A stretch of DNA of 64,000 nt from Eledone cirrhosa (GCA_964016885.1 OZ024757.1:29326001-29390000), one strand, 5' to 3'; counted from the first letter of the stretch, positions 14,350 through 29,026 are shown. A program made the numbers and translations. The notes: generated by a model from the letters alone, not told the origin.

Positions 14350-14517
14350 ATTTCTAGTATAGGCACAAGTCCAGTACGTTACTGATGATTTATATTATCG
14401 AACCCGTAAGGATGACAGGTAAAGTTAACCTCGGCGGGATTTGAACTCAGTCCGTAAATGGACGTAACTCTATGCTGGAAAGCATGGCGTCCGATCCTCT
14501 ACCGATACTGCCAATCC
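14350..14517 (-). mobile_element. SINE, same family
   Basis: Homologous to 4446-4633. Confidence 0.8.
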
Positions 14518-15854
14518 ATATATATATATCACGGGGTTTTGCACTTTCCATCTACGAAATTCCCCTACGCAAAGTATTGGTCAACTGCAATAGAAGACAC
14601 TTACCCAAGGTACTATGCAGCAGAATTGAAACCAAAACCCATTGATTGGCCCTGTCGACGCCTATGGTCTTTTAATTTGTTTTTAATGTGGCAAGGTGTA
14701 GTTTGATGAAGATTTGGCTGCTATGTGTAGCAGATCGGTCTAGCAGATCGAGTGATCACGTAGAGGCTTCCATTTTGGTTCAAGAAATAGACTTCTACCC
14801 CAGGTTTCGAAAATTAGTCTCATTATTCTGGTTTCTGTCATAGAAACGTTAATAGCCTGTTTCGTTGATAGCCTGTTTCGTTGTTTCTTGTTCTTTGTCT
14901 ATATCAATTCATCTCATCTCTCTCTCTCTCTCTCTCTCGCTCTGTCTGTTCGTCTGTGTCTGTCTCTCTGACTGTCTCTCTCTGTCTGTCTCTGTTTCTC
15001 TTACTCTCAACTTCTCTTTCTCACTTCACGTATCATATAAATATACATCTCTCTACTCATTATCTCTCTTGCACTTTTCCACTAAACTTATCATATCACT
15101 ATGTTATTCTCTATCTGGCTGTCTGTTCTCTCTATATAAATATTTCACTACCTCTCTTCTCTGCTTCTTTCAATATCCATATATATCTTTCCCCAATTGC
15201 TTTCAATCTCCGTCTGTGTCTATGTCAATCACCATTTCTCTTTTTCCATCTCAGTATTTTATTACACGCTCTCTCTCTCCTCTCTATCTATGTATCTATC
15301 TAGCTTTCTCTCTCTCTCTCTATCCATCTCTCTCACACACTACAACTATGTCTATGTCACTATATCTCTTTCCTTCCTTCCACATTCTCTCTCTCTCACA
15401 TGCTTTCTTCTCTTTCCATTTCCAACAATCTGTCTTTCTATCAATACCTCTCTACATCTCTCTCTCACTCTCTCTTCCTCACCTCTCTCTCTCTCTCTCT
15501 CTTACACACACATGATCCCTCTGTTTCCATTTCCAACAACCTTTTTTTCTGTCAACCCCCCCCCCTCCCTACATCTCTCCCTCCTCTCTCATACTCTTTC
15601 TGTCATTCCTTCACAAAAACTCCCCCTCGTTGACTCACTCAGTCTCAGTCTTTCTCTCTCACAGTCTCAGTCTTTATCTCTATCTCTCCTCTCTCATTCT
15701 CTCTCTTTAACCCCCCCCCCCCTCACTCTCTCTGTTGCAAGACTTCTTTTCCATCAGTCATGATTTCGTGATAATGAAACAAACCCATTCATTGACTGTC
15801 TCTGCAGTGTTCCATTGAAGTAAAAATAATTAAGCCGATTATGTACCTACGATG

Positions 15855-15926
<72 letters not shown>

Positions 15927-16148
15927 GCATATGTATATATATATGTATATATTTGTATATATATATGCATATGTATATATATATATATGTATATATATAT
16001 GCATATGTATATGTATGTATATATGTATATAGATATGTATATATATGTATTAATATATATATATGCATATGTATATATATATATATATATATATATGTAT
16101 TAATATATATTAATATATATATATGCATATGTATATATATATATATGC

Positions 16149-16228
<80 letters not shown>

Positions 16229-16357
16229 TAATATATATATATATATATTAATATATATATATGCATATGTATATATATATATATGCATATGTATATATAT
16301 ATATGCATATGTATATATATATATATATATATGTATTAATATATATATATATATGTA

Positions 16358-16391
<34 letters not shown>

Positions 16392-16441
16392 TATGTATAT
16401 ATATATGCATATATATATATATATGCATATATATATATATA

Positions 16442-16481
<40 letters not shown>

Positions 16482-16894
16482 TATGTATATATATATGCAT
16501 ATATATATATATATGCATATATATATATGTATGCATGTATAGGTATGTATATATATATATAGATATGTATGTACATATATATATATATATATGTATGTAT
16601 TTCAATAAAAGCTACAAAAAAACCACCTTGAAAAACTTAGAAGATATATATGTATGTATATATATATACATAGATTGATATATAGATATATATACACATA
16701 CATGCATACATATGTATCTGTCTCTCTCTCTCTATATATATATATATATACATACATACATATATATATATACATATCTCTCTCTCTCTATACATATCTC
16801 TCTCTCTCTATACATATCTCTCTCTCTCTATACATATCTCTCTCTCTCTATACATATCTCTCTCTCTCTATACATATCTCTCTCTCTCTATACA

Positions 16895-16949
<55 letters not shown>

Positions 16950-17083
16950 GTGAGTGAGTGAGTGAGTGAGTGAGTGAGTGAGTGAGTGAGTGAGTGAGTG
17001 AGTGAGTGAGTGAGTGAGTGAGTGAGTGAGTGAGTGAGTGAGTGAGTGAGTGAGTGAGTGAGTGAGTGAGTGAGTGAGTGAGT
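16950..17083. repeat. (GAGT)n microsatellite
   Basis: Direct reading. Confidence 0.95.
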
Positions 17084-17281
17084 GTGTGTGTGTGTGTGTG
17101 TATATATGTGTGTGTGTGCATGTGTATGTTTGCACGTGTGTGAATTTCGATGATCATTCATTCCCAAATTCACTCACACCATTCCTATTAAACATGACAA
17201 CCACAACAGTGTTGACTATGTTGACTTCATCTACGACAACAACTCGGCCAATGATGATGATAACGATGATGATGATACTTG

Positions 17282-17505
17282 TTTATGATTTAGGCACATG
17301 GCCAGCAATTTCGAGAAGAGGTCAAATTATATTGATTATATTGAGCCCCAATATTCAACTGGTATTTTATCTGTTATCGATCTAGGGAGGATGAAAAGCG
17401 AACTTGTTCCTCGGTTGGTTTCGAACACAGAACATAAAGAGTCAGAAGAAACACCACAGTGTCCATTTTTTTTACGATGCTCTAACGATTCTACCAATTC
17501 ACCAA
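17282..17505 (-). mobile_element. Diverged SINE of related subfamily
   Basis: TTTAGGCACATGGCCAGCAAT...GGATGAAAAG...TCTAACGATTCTACCAATTCACC. Confidence 0.65.
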
Positions 17506-17517
17506 CCTTTATGAGTG

Positions 17518-18305
17518 TCATGATGATGGTTATGATGGTGGTGATGGTGATGATGACGATGGTGATGATGGTGATGGTGGTGATGGTGATGATGATGATG
17601 GTGATGATGATGATCCTGATGATGGTTATGATGATAGTGGTGGTGGTGGTGGTGGATAGTAGAGATGGTGGCGGTGGTAGTGGAGGTGATGACGACGATG
17701 TTGATGATGGTGGTGGTGGTGGTGGTGATGGTGGTGGTGGTGGTCGTCGTCGTCGTGATGGTGGTGGCGGTGGTGATGGCGGTGGTGATGATGGTGGTGA
17801 TGGTGGTGGTGGTGGTGGTGGTGATGGTGGCGATAGGAGTGGTAGTCGTGGTGGATAGTAGAGATGGTGGCGGTGATGGAGGTGATGACAGCGGTGGTGG
17901 TGACGACGACGATGACGATGAAGTGTATGATGCTTATGCTGCTGATGATGATAATGTTGTAATTAGGGTGATAATGTTCGATCTCAGACTGCAGACATGA
18001 TAATGAAACAACATCAACAACAACACTGCAACCACAGCCGCCACCACCACCACCAATACCACCACAACCACCGCCGCTACCACCACCACCACCACCACTA
18101 CCAACAACATCAACACCACAACCACTGCCGCCGCCGCCACCACCACCACCACAACCACCAACAACAAAATCAACAACACCACCACAACCACCACCACCAC
18201 CAACACCACCACAACCACTACCACCATCACCACAAAAAACACCACCACCACCAACAACAACAGCAACATCAACAACAGCAGCATGTTGCTGCTGCTGTTG
18301 TTGCT
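17518..18305. repeat. (GGT/GAT)n followed by (CAC/CAA)n trinucleotide tracts in opposite orientation
   Basis: Direct reading. Confidence 0.9.
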
Positions 18306-18493
18306 GTTGTTACAGACTTTACTACAGTAGTGTGTTATGTAATACACTCTCCAGCTATGTAGATATAACGAGGAAACCATTGTATTTTAATGACCCATTG
18401 TTAGACAACAATGAATTGTCGTACAGCTACCACCTATTGTACACGCATGCGTATATGACTATTTGTGTATGTATGTATACGTACGTGTATGCT

Positions 18494-18524
<31 letters not shown>

Positions 18525-19270
18525 GTATATTGACATGTATAAACACATACATGCACATGTATGTATGTATATAAACATATATACATATATAACACTATAA
18601 ATAAATAAATATATATATATATATACACCTATATATACTTATACACACATACATCTCTGTTCCTCTATATAACAACTATATATTACTACAATGTATTACA
18701 CAAAGGGGTGTTGTTACCTCAAGAAGACTACTTTTGTATATGAAATAGTAATGGACGCAATATGGCCCGTAGCAAGGTCAATTCAACTTTCAAGTAGAAT
18801 GACCACCTGTATTATCTTATTTCATGTCGCCTGCCCTCTCTCATTCGCTCATTGTATCCGTGTGATTGTCTATTTGTCTGTATATATCTGTATGAGACTT
18901 GGTTTGTATGTGTCTATCTGTCAGTATATATATGTACGAGAGATATTTGTAAGTGTGTATGTGTGTGTGTATATGTATGCATGGGATTGTATGTGATAGG
19001 AAGCATTTGCCTATCTGTCTATATGTGTACCTATTGAATACATGTGTATGCGTCTATATATGTATATACCAATTGAATCCGTGTGTATGTGTCTGTTTTT
19101 CAGTATACCATTCAGTATATGTTTGTATGAGAGCTGATCTGCGTGTGTGTATATATATGTGGATATACATATATGTATGGGTTTGTGTGTGATAGGAAGT
19201 ATCTGCCTGTTTGTCTATCTGAATCCTTGAATATGTATCTGACAGTATATGTTTGTATGAGAGCTGATCA

Positions 19271-19300
<30 letters not shown>

Positions 19301-19306
<6 letters not shown>

Positions 19307-19856
19307 TAAAATAACAGATTAAATTTAAGCAAAGAATCGCTGCTTTCACCCTTAACGGGATCTTCTGAAACTAACAAAGACAACCTGTGAACAAAGAAGT
19401 GAATATTTCAAAAAACGTTGCAACCGGAGGAAGACGATACTTTGGTTCGTGGAAACTTTCCCTGGCAAAGAACGGGAAAAAACGAAGATAATACGTCATT
19501 ATTTGGAGCGGTGAAAAATAATTACACGCAAAGACAAAACTACGTTTATGGTATAAAAGAAGTCGTTTACTAATATTCTATTAGGTGGTTCATAGAGACG
19601 TTCTCTGGCAATGAACGAAAAAAAAACGAAGATAATACGGCTCTATAAGGATAAATACATATAAGATATATAAGAACCGCAGAGCAAATATTTATTAAAA
19701 TAACAGATTAAAGTTTAAGCAAAGAATCGCTGCTTTCACCCTTAACGGGATCTTCTGAAACTAAAAAAGTCAATCTGTCAGATTGACAGAAGATCCTGTT
19801 AAGGGTGAAAGCAGCGATTCTTTGCTTAAACTTTAATCTGTTATTTTAATAAATAT
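19301..19856 (-). mobile_element. Penelope-type terminal-repeat remnant in partial-tandem plus inverted arrangement, carrying a U4A hammerhead-like fold
   Basis: Direct repeats 19301-19375 and 19690-19765, and an inverted copy at 19787-19856. Homologous to 24108-24233 and 62520-63020. Confidence 0.65.
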
Positions 19857-19862
19857 ATATAT

Positions 19863-22289
19863 ATGATGGTCTTTTACCTCTTCTTCTATAACATGGATTA
19901 TTACAACATAACCAATTCAACTAAAGACATTCCTATACCTGGTAAATCTGAATTCACCAAACTTCTAATTGAAAAAACTGACTCCTTCGTAAGAAGACTT
20001 AGATGGATAGCCTATTTCTATGACCAGCGCCTAAAAGGGAACTTCTATACCAAAGAACATAACTTCCTCGATCATCTATTTAATTCTAGAAGAAATCCTC
20101 CTTCCAACAAAAATCTAGTACAATTCGAGGAAGAGTTAACTAAAATAATAAAAAATCTTAAATTCAAGAGATACCCTTACAAAGGACAAGAGCACCTTGT
20201 AAATCTCAAGAACACAATTTCTAACCTAAATTCCTCAAAAAATGTTTTAGTCCACTCTGACAAAACCAATAACTTATATGGTATTTCCAAGGATAATTAT
20301 AACAACCTTATCCTAAAGGAACTTAGGAAAAAGTATCGTAAAACCAACCATGAAAATTTAGAATACATAAACCTTGAAGCCTCTGAGATTATGTCAAAAC
20401 TTGGCATTGAAAAAAAGACAGAACCATTCCTCCCAAGAACTCCGAGGATAAATCTCAAGGATCACAAAAACAATTTTCGCACTGAACTACCTGTTAGATT
20501 AATCGCCCCCTCTAAATCTGATCTGGGGGTTGTTAGTAAAGCCATCTTGGATAGAATTATCCCACAGGTTAGTTCTAATTGCTCTTCTTTGAACCTAAAT
20601 TTATGGTTTGGTACTTCTGAAGTGATTGGCTGGTTCAACAAATTGGATAATAAAAACAAACTAAAATTTATTCAATTTGATATTGCCAGCTACTATTCCT
20701 CCATTTCGCCTTCACTTCTCAACAATGCTCTATCTTTCGCACTTAAATATTCTGACATCACCACAGATGAACTTCACATCATCCTCACCGCACGTAAAAC
20801 CATCCTAGAGTTCAACAACGAATATTGGACCAGAGCCGATACCTCTAACAACTTCGACATCACAATGGGAGCATCCGATTCATCCCAATTGACTGATTTA
20901 ATTGGTATCTTTATTTTGAACTCTTTGAGTCGGAAAATTCCTCAACTTCGCGGTGGAATTTATCGTGACGATGGACTCTTTACTATCTTAAATTGCAATA
21001 TAGTTAACCTTAATATTATTAAGAACAATATACGTAATCTCTTTAACCAACATAACCTAAAAATTGAATTTGATAACAGTATCAAACTAGCTAATTTCTT
21101 GGATGTATCTCTTAATCTTGACACTGGCCTATATTACCCTTACCATAAAAACAATGAGAACCTAAATTATGTTAACTTTAAATCTAACCATCCTACCAAT
21201 ATCAAGAATGCTATAGTTAGTAATATTGGAAAAAGAATATCTAACATATCTTCTAATAAAAACATCTTTGATGCTAACGCCAATTACTATAATAACGCAC
21301 TTTCTAAAGCCGGCTATCCTGATAAAATCAAATATAGTAAAGAAACAAATTCTAGAAAAACTTACAGTAGAATAATTAATCATGATCATTCCAATAACTT
21401 TAATAAAAGACCTAGATACAAAAACATAATCTGGTATAATGCTCCTTTCTCCATCTCTATTAATAACAATATTCCTAAATTATTCTTTAGTGCCTTAAAT
21501 AAATGCTTCCCTCCCTCACATATCTATAGTAAAATATTTAACAAACACACCATAAAATTTTCTTATTCTACATCCTCCAATATTTCCAACATTATCTCTA
21601 AACACAACAATAAAATACTAAATACTAAATTTCTTCCTTCCAACACTGAATTTCATAATAACAGTAATAGTACTCCCGACGTCATTGTAAACCCTAGGCT
21701 AATTTCTGTAAACCCAAATACAACGTCAAAAAACACAACTTCGCTAAATGTTCATAAAACAAATCTAAATCAAGAAACTATTATTCCTATCGCAAACAAC
21801 TTCTCCAATCCAATTCCTTCTATAGATAACACTAGGTCACTCATTAATAATCTCTCTAATTGCAACTGCCGCATTAAAAATAAATGTCCTCTCAACAACC
21901 ATTGTCTTGATAAAAACTTAATTTATGAATGTAAAGTTATAACTAGCACCAATTCCTTCACCTACTTTGGCTCCACTTCCACCTCTTTTAAAGCTCGTCT
22001 CTATAATCATCATTCATCTTTTAAATACAAACTTAAAAGAACCAACACGGCTCTCTCAGAACTCATATGGTCCTTGAAAGACAAAAACATTAAATATACC
22101 ATCTTTTGGAAGAAGGTTTCTTCTGCGTCTACATACTTGAACAGCTCTCTATCTAAAATCTGTAATCTCTGCCTAAATGAAAAATTTACCATTATCTCTA
22201 ATCTAGATTCTATAATAAATAGACGTACAGATTTGTTTTCTATCTGCTTGCATAAATTCCATAAGACTTTTCACAAAGTATACAGCTAA
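19863..22289 (+). CDS. Penelope-like retroelement polyprotein (reverse transcriptase + GIY-YIG endonuclease), Naiad-type; likely start ATG 19893
   Basis: Uninterrupted 808-aa ORF. N-terminal STKDIPIP and SDKT motifs. RT motifs QFDIASYYSSI, ITMGAS, YRDDG and NFLDV. Thumb region YVNFKSNHP. Cys linker CNCRIKNKCPLNNHC. Endonuclease motifs LIYECK...TYFGST...FKARLYNH and CNLCLNEK...NRR...CLH. Confidence 0.95.
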   Translation: MMVFYLFFYNMDYYNITNSTKDIPIPGKSEFTKLLIEKTDSFVRRLRWIAYFYDQRLKGNFYTKEHNFLDHLFNSRRNPPSNKNLVQFEEELTKIIKNLKFKRYPYKGQEHLVNLKNTISNLNSSKNVLVHSDKTNNLYGISKDNYNNLILKELRKKYRKTNHENLEYINLEASEIMSKLGIEKKTEPFLPRTPRINLKDHKNNFRTELPVRLIAPSKSDLGVVSKAILDRIIPQVSSNCSSLNLNLWFGTSEVIGWFNKLDNKNKLKFIQFDIASYYSSISPSLLNNALSFALKYSDITTDELHIILTARKTILEFNNEYWTRADTSNNFDITMGASDSSQLTDLIGIFILNSLSRKIPQLRGGIYRDDGLFTILNCNIVNLNIIKNNIRNLFNQHNLKIEFDNSIKLANFLDVSLNLDTGLYYPYHKNNENLNYVNFKSNHPTNIKNAIVSNIGKRISNISSNKNIFDANANYYNNALSKAGYPDKIKYSKETNSRKTYSRIINHDHSNNFNKRPRYKNIIWYNAPFSISINNNIPKLFFSALNKCFPPSHIYSKIFNKHTIKFSYSTSSNISNIISKHNNKILNTKFLPSNTEFHNNSNSTPDVIVNPRLISVNPNTTSKNTTSLNVHKTNLNQETIIPIANNFSNPIPSIDNTRSLINNLSNCNCRIKNKCPLNNHCLDKNLIYECKVITSTNSFTYFGSTSTSFKARLYNHHSSFKYKLKRTNTALSELIWSLKDKNIKYTIFWKKVSSASTYLNSSLSKICNLCLNEKFTIISNLDSIINRRTDLFSICLHKFHKTFHKVYS

Positions 22290-23183
22290 TATTCAATTCT
22301 TTATCAATTTAGAATCTTTTCTCAAAGGCACATATACATACACCTCTTTTAAAATATACCCATCTTCCTACCTTACTCTATAATACTTGTTTACTCATTA
22401 CCCTCACTCTATCTTCACCTTGTAAAATCCTTCGTAACATATACATTTGTTTTTGACGCTAGATTATTCATCCTTAATTTATTATTTTTTTCTCCCCATC
22501 ATCTAACTCATTCTTAATACATATTAACTCTTTCTTCGCACATATTATCAATTCCTTCAATATAGAAACCTTAACTTCACATTATTTTTCTCAAATCCTT
22601 CAATACACAACCATTAATAATTTTTTCTCTTCGTTAATTTTCAAATTTCCATAATACTTGTAAACATACACACAATTTTTTTTGACGTTAGAATATTCAT
22701 CCGCAATACATTATTTTTTTCTCTCTATCATCAAACTTTTTAATCTCAATACATATTAACTCCCTCTCCTTCTTCGTACATATTTCTCCCTTCGTTAATT
22801 TTCAAATTCTTTTAATTTATACATTATCTTCCAACGGTTTTCAACCTCTCTATGTAAAACAATATATCTTTTCTCAGTTATAAAAACTATCTCTTTCTCT
22901 CTATCACCCATCTCTCCCTCTCCACCTTCACTCTCATCTCCTCCCCTTTTTTTCATCCTCCCCCCCCCTCTCTAAACAAAATATTTTCCCAATATCACAC
23001 ATCAATCTAAAATTACTTTTCATATGTTGATTTAAAACTGAACTATCCACAAGTGTTTTTTAGCCTTCATATCATGTCCTCCTGTTTTATCTGATGAAAT
23101 CACAAATATTATTGCATGATGATGTTTGTTTTTGAAATGCGCATAATAAAATACATGGAACTCCTTTAACCATCTTTTGATCT
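19865..23183 (+). mobile_element. Near full-length Penelope-like element (ORF, ~0.8 kb 3' UTR, hammerhead-containing terminal region) inserted in (TA)n
   Basis: Both ends abut TA microsatellite. The sense strand is G-poor throughout. The 3' UTR has an internal duplication (~22380-22560 vs ~22650-22790) and a hammerhead at 23083-23153. Confidence 0.85.
23083..23153 (+). ncRNA. Minimal type I hammerhead ribozyme of the Penelope-like element
   Basis: Stem I TGTTTTAT/ATAAAATA; core CTGATGA (23091-97); stem II ACAAATATT/GATGTTTGT; GAAA (23134-37); palindromic stem III TGCGCA; cleavage triplet AUA. Confidence 0.85.
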
Positions 23184-23208
23184 TATATATTATATATATA
23201 TATACATA

Positions 23209-23261
<53 letters not shown>

Positions 23262-24107
23262 GTATATATATATGCGTGTGTCAGTATATGTGTGTATATA
23301 TAAATGTGAGAGTGTCAGTCATTTATGCCATCTATCTGACTGTGTGTGTATGTATGAATCCGTGTGTATATGCTTGTTTGTTAGTATATGTCTGTATGAG
23401 AGCTGATCTGTGTGTGTGTGTAAAGGTATATATAATATGAATGAGCTTGTATGTGATTGGAAATGTGTGCGCTTGTATGTATGTATAATCTGAATGTTTG
23501 TCAATGTATGTACTTATGTATGTATGTTCGAATATCTTTGCGGATGTCTATGTAAGTATGGATGTAGGTATACATAAATACATGGCTGCATTCATACATA
23601 CGCACGTACATACGTATAGGAAGAGCGAATCAGAGGCAGAAGGGAGAGAGAGAGAGAGAAAAAGAGGCAATGATAGCTGAAAGCAATATAAATATAAAAG
23701 GCTATGCACATAGACAGATATACATAACTAAACGCACATACACACATATATATATGTATATATATGTTTCATATATATATATAATATATATATATAATAT
23801 ATATAATATATATAATATATATATATAATATATATAATATATATATATATAATATATTAAATGTATCCTACTTAAATTGAATCCTAATTAGCGCAGTAAA
23901 ATAATTGCTTAATAAAACGTTTCGTAATTCATAACGTCCTATATTAAAGTAGGTCGACATTTTAATGTCTTCATATACTTATCTAAATCTAGATAACGAA
24001 GCCACTTAGAATCATATCTATACAGAGGTGTTGAATATATATATATATATATGTACATGTACATATATATATATATGAATGTATATATATATATATATAT
24101 ATATATA

Positions 24108-24233
24108 GTAATAATAATAAATTTGAAGACTAAAATCCAAAGAGGGCTCGATAAGGATAAATATATATCAAGTATATAAGAACCGTAGAGCAAATATGTA
24201 TTAAAATAACAGATTAGAGTTTAAGCAAAGAAT
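24108..24233 (-). mobile_element. 3' fragment of the same family as 19301/62520
   Basis: Matches 19645-19727 directly and 62895-63020 in reverse complement; flanked by TA repeats. Confidence 0.75.
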
Positions 24234-24459
24234 ATATTATATATATATATATTATATTATATATATATTATATATATATATATTATATATATATTATATA
24301 TATAATATATATATATAATATGTATATATATATATAATATATAATATATATATATAATATATAAATATATATAATATATATATATATAATATATATATAT
24401 ATATAATATATATATATATAATATATATATATATATAATATATATATATATATAATATA

Positions 24460-25018
24460 ACCACGGAGCTTGAGGCAATCCAGCGTAGCTACACCAAGAG
24501 GATTGCCAAGATGAGGGAGACAAGCTACTGGGAGAGGCTAAAGGAACTGAACCTCTACTCCTTGAAGCGAAGACGGGAGAGATACGCAGTGATCTACATG
24601 TGGAAAATCCTGGAGGGACTAGCACCAAACTTTGGCATTGGGAGCTGGACCAACCGTCGAACAGGACGTCAGTGTGTGCTGCCAAAGGTCCCGTCTTCCA
24701 CATCTAGAATAAGGAGCAGGTATTGCAATAGCCTGGGATTCAAGGGCCCTCAACTCTTCAACAGGCTGCCGAGGCATCTGAGAGACTTGCATGACGTGGA
24801 GGTGGATGTCTTTAAGAAACATCTCGACACATTGTTATCCAGGATCCCGGATGAGCCCACAGCAAGACACGAGGGAAACCTAAGGGCAGCAGCAACAAAA
24901 TCCCTCCTACACCAGTGGCCAACCTATACAGGCTGGAGATAAAATGTGTAGCAACAAGGGCGGTGCCCCAGCATGGCCTCAGCCGGATGGCTGAAACAGG
25001 TAAAAGAGTAAAAGAGTA
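24460..25018 (+). mobile_element. 5'-truncated CR1/L2/Jockey-group LINE 3' end
   Basis: SYWERLKELNLYSLKRRRER...GPQLFNRLP...FKKHLD ORF2 C-terminus, short 3' UTR and (AAAAGAGT)2 tail; inside (TA)n. Confidence 0.85.
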
Positions 25019-25987
25019 TATATATTATATATATATATAATATATATATATATATTATATATATCACGATAAATTAACGGAGTCATAGGCCCTCGCTATT
25101 CCTTGTAAATAATGTGCTCAAAGGAGAAGAAATCCTGAGCTCTTTAAAATACAATATGTAGAAAAGGTAACACACCAGAGAGATATATAGAGTGCGCTAT
25201 TAATAAAACGGGCAAAAGAACCCACCAGTGCATGGAATCTATAACCTATGAAAGGCAGACTATAGACACGATAACTAAAAATATAAATTAAAGCGTAAAT
25301 AAATACCTTTATAACTATTTAACACACGTACAGATCCAAAGATACCAATCCTAAGATATGTTTCACTAGTAATTTGTTGAAAGAAATGGATTAACCTCGG
25401 TTCATCAGCGTGTGTAAGGCTATACATTTCAGACAACACTATGAGAATTTCAAAAGTGACTGTCCAGCTACACGTGGGGGAGAGATGTAACGGCGTCTTT
25501 AAGGGCAGTGAACCAGTGGCCTCCGAGGGACGAACTGCTAGAAAAGGCAGCCCGAAGCCACTCAGAGAAGTGTGCTCAACAAACAGAGAGATAGGAGAGA
25601 CTGTTATAAGGAGCAACATATCACGATAAATTAACGGAGCCATAGGGCCTCGCTATTCCCTGTAAATAATGTGCTCAAAGGAGAAGAAATCCGGAGCTCT
25701 TTAAAATACAATATGTACGAACAACTTAACTGAAATATTCGCCATTTGAAGTCCTTTCCGGCTGAATTCCGTCGCATTATGTCCGAATCACCTGATCTCA
25801 GTTTTAGTTGTAGACACGCATTAAACATCCGACTACTTATAGAGATCGATAAAACAGCCAATGATCAGGCCTATATCTGAGCCTGTGCGAATCAGGATTA
25901 GAAAATATTGGGCCATAAGTTATTTGGAACAGATTTAATATGATTCTTCAACAATTCTATACGAACTTCTACACCATAATCTCTTTG

Positions 25988-26023
<36 letters not shown>

Positions 26024-26201
26024 GTGTGTGTGTGTGTGTGTATGTGTGTGTGTATGTGTGCGTGTGAGTGCGTATGTGTGTGTGTATGTGTTTGTATCTA
26101 TACGTTTGCCATTGTTGAGTAGAAGCCTCACTATTATACATAGGAATAATGACTTTTACAGTAATAGTACTGTTTCGTTCGACTGCATTTGAAACACTTT
26201 C

Positions 26202-28332
<2,131 letters not shown>

Positions 28333-28532
28333 NNNNNNNNNNNNNNNNNNNNNNNNNNNNNNNNNNNNNNNNNNNNNNNNNNNNNNNNNNNNNNNNNNNN
28401 NNNNNNNNNNNNNNNNNNNNNNNNNNNNNNNNNNNNNNNNNNNNNNNNNNNNNNNNNNNNNNNNNNNNNNNNNNNNNNNNNNNNNNNNNNNNNNNNNNNN
28501 NNNNNNNNNNNNNNNNNNNNNNNNNNNNNNNN
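28333..28532. other. Assembly gap (200 N)
   Basis: Run of N. Confidence 1.
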
Positions 28533-28789
28533 TAAACATTATTAGAATTCTCTGTTGCTATGGTAACGGTCGCTCATACAAGAACAGCTGCCGCTCTCGC
28601 TTGTCTTTACTTGGCATTTTTTTTTTGTTCCAAGGAATCGGGTGTGTGTGTATGTATGTATGTATGTATGTATGTATGTATGTATGTATGTATGTATGTA
28701 TGTATGTATGTATGTATGTATGTATGTATGCATGCATGTATGTATGTATGTATGGGTGTGTGTGTGGGTGTGTGTGTGTATGTGTGTAC

Positions 28790-28832
<43 letters not shown>

Positions 28833-28902
28833 TAGCTAAATATGTGTGTGTGTATGTGTGTATGTATGTATGTATGTATGTATGTATGTATGTATGTATG
28901 TA

Positions 28903-29009
<107 letters not shown>

Positions 29010-29026
29010 GTGTGTGTATGTGTGTA

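Noticed and set aside
19863-23083. Selenocysteine/SECIS recoding, known from some Naiad elements
   Set aside because: The ORF has no in-frame TGA and ends in TAA.
23905-23995. Minus-strand TAGATAA...GAAACGTT
   Set aside because: Multiple core deviations and no stem I.
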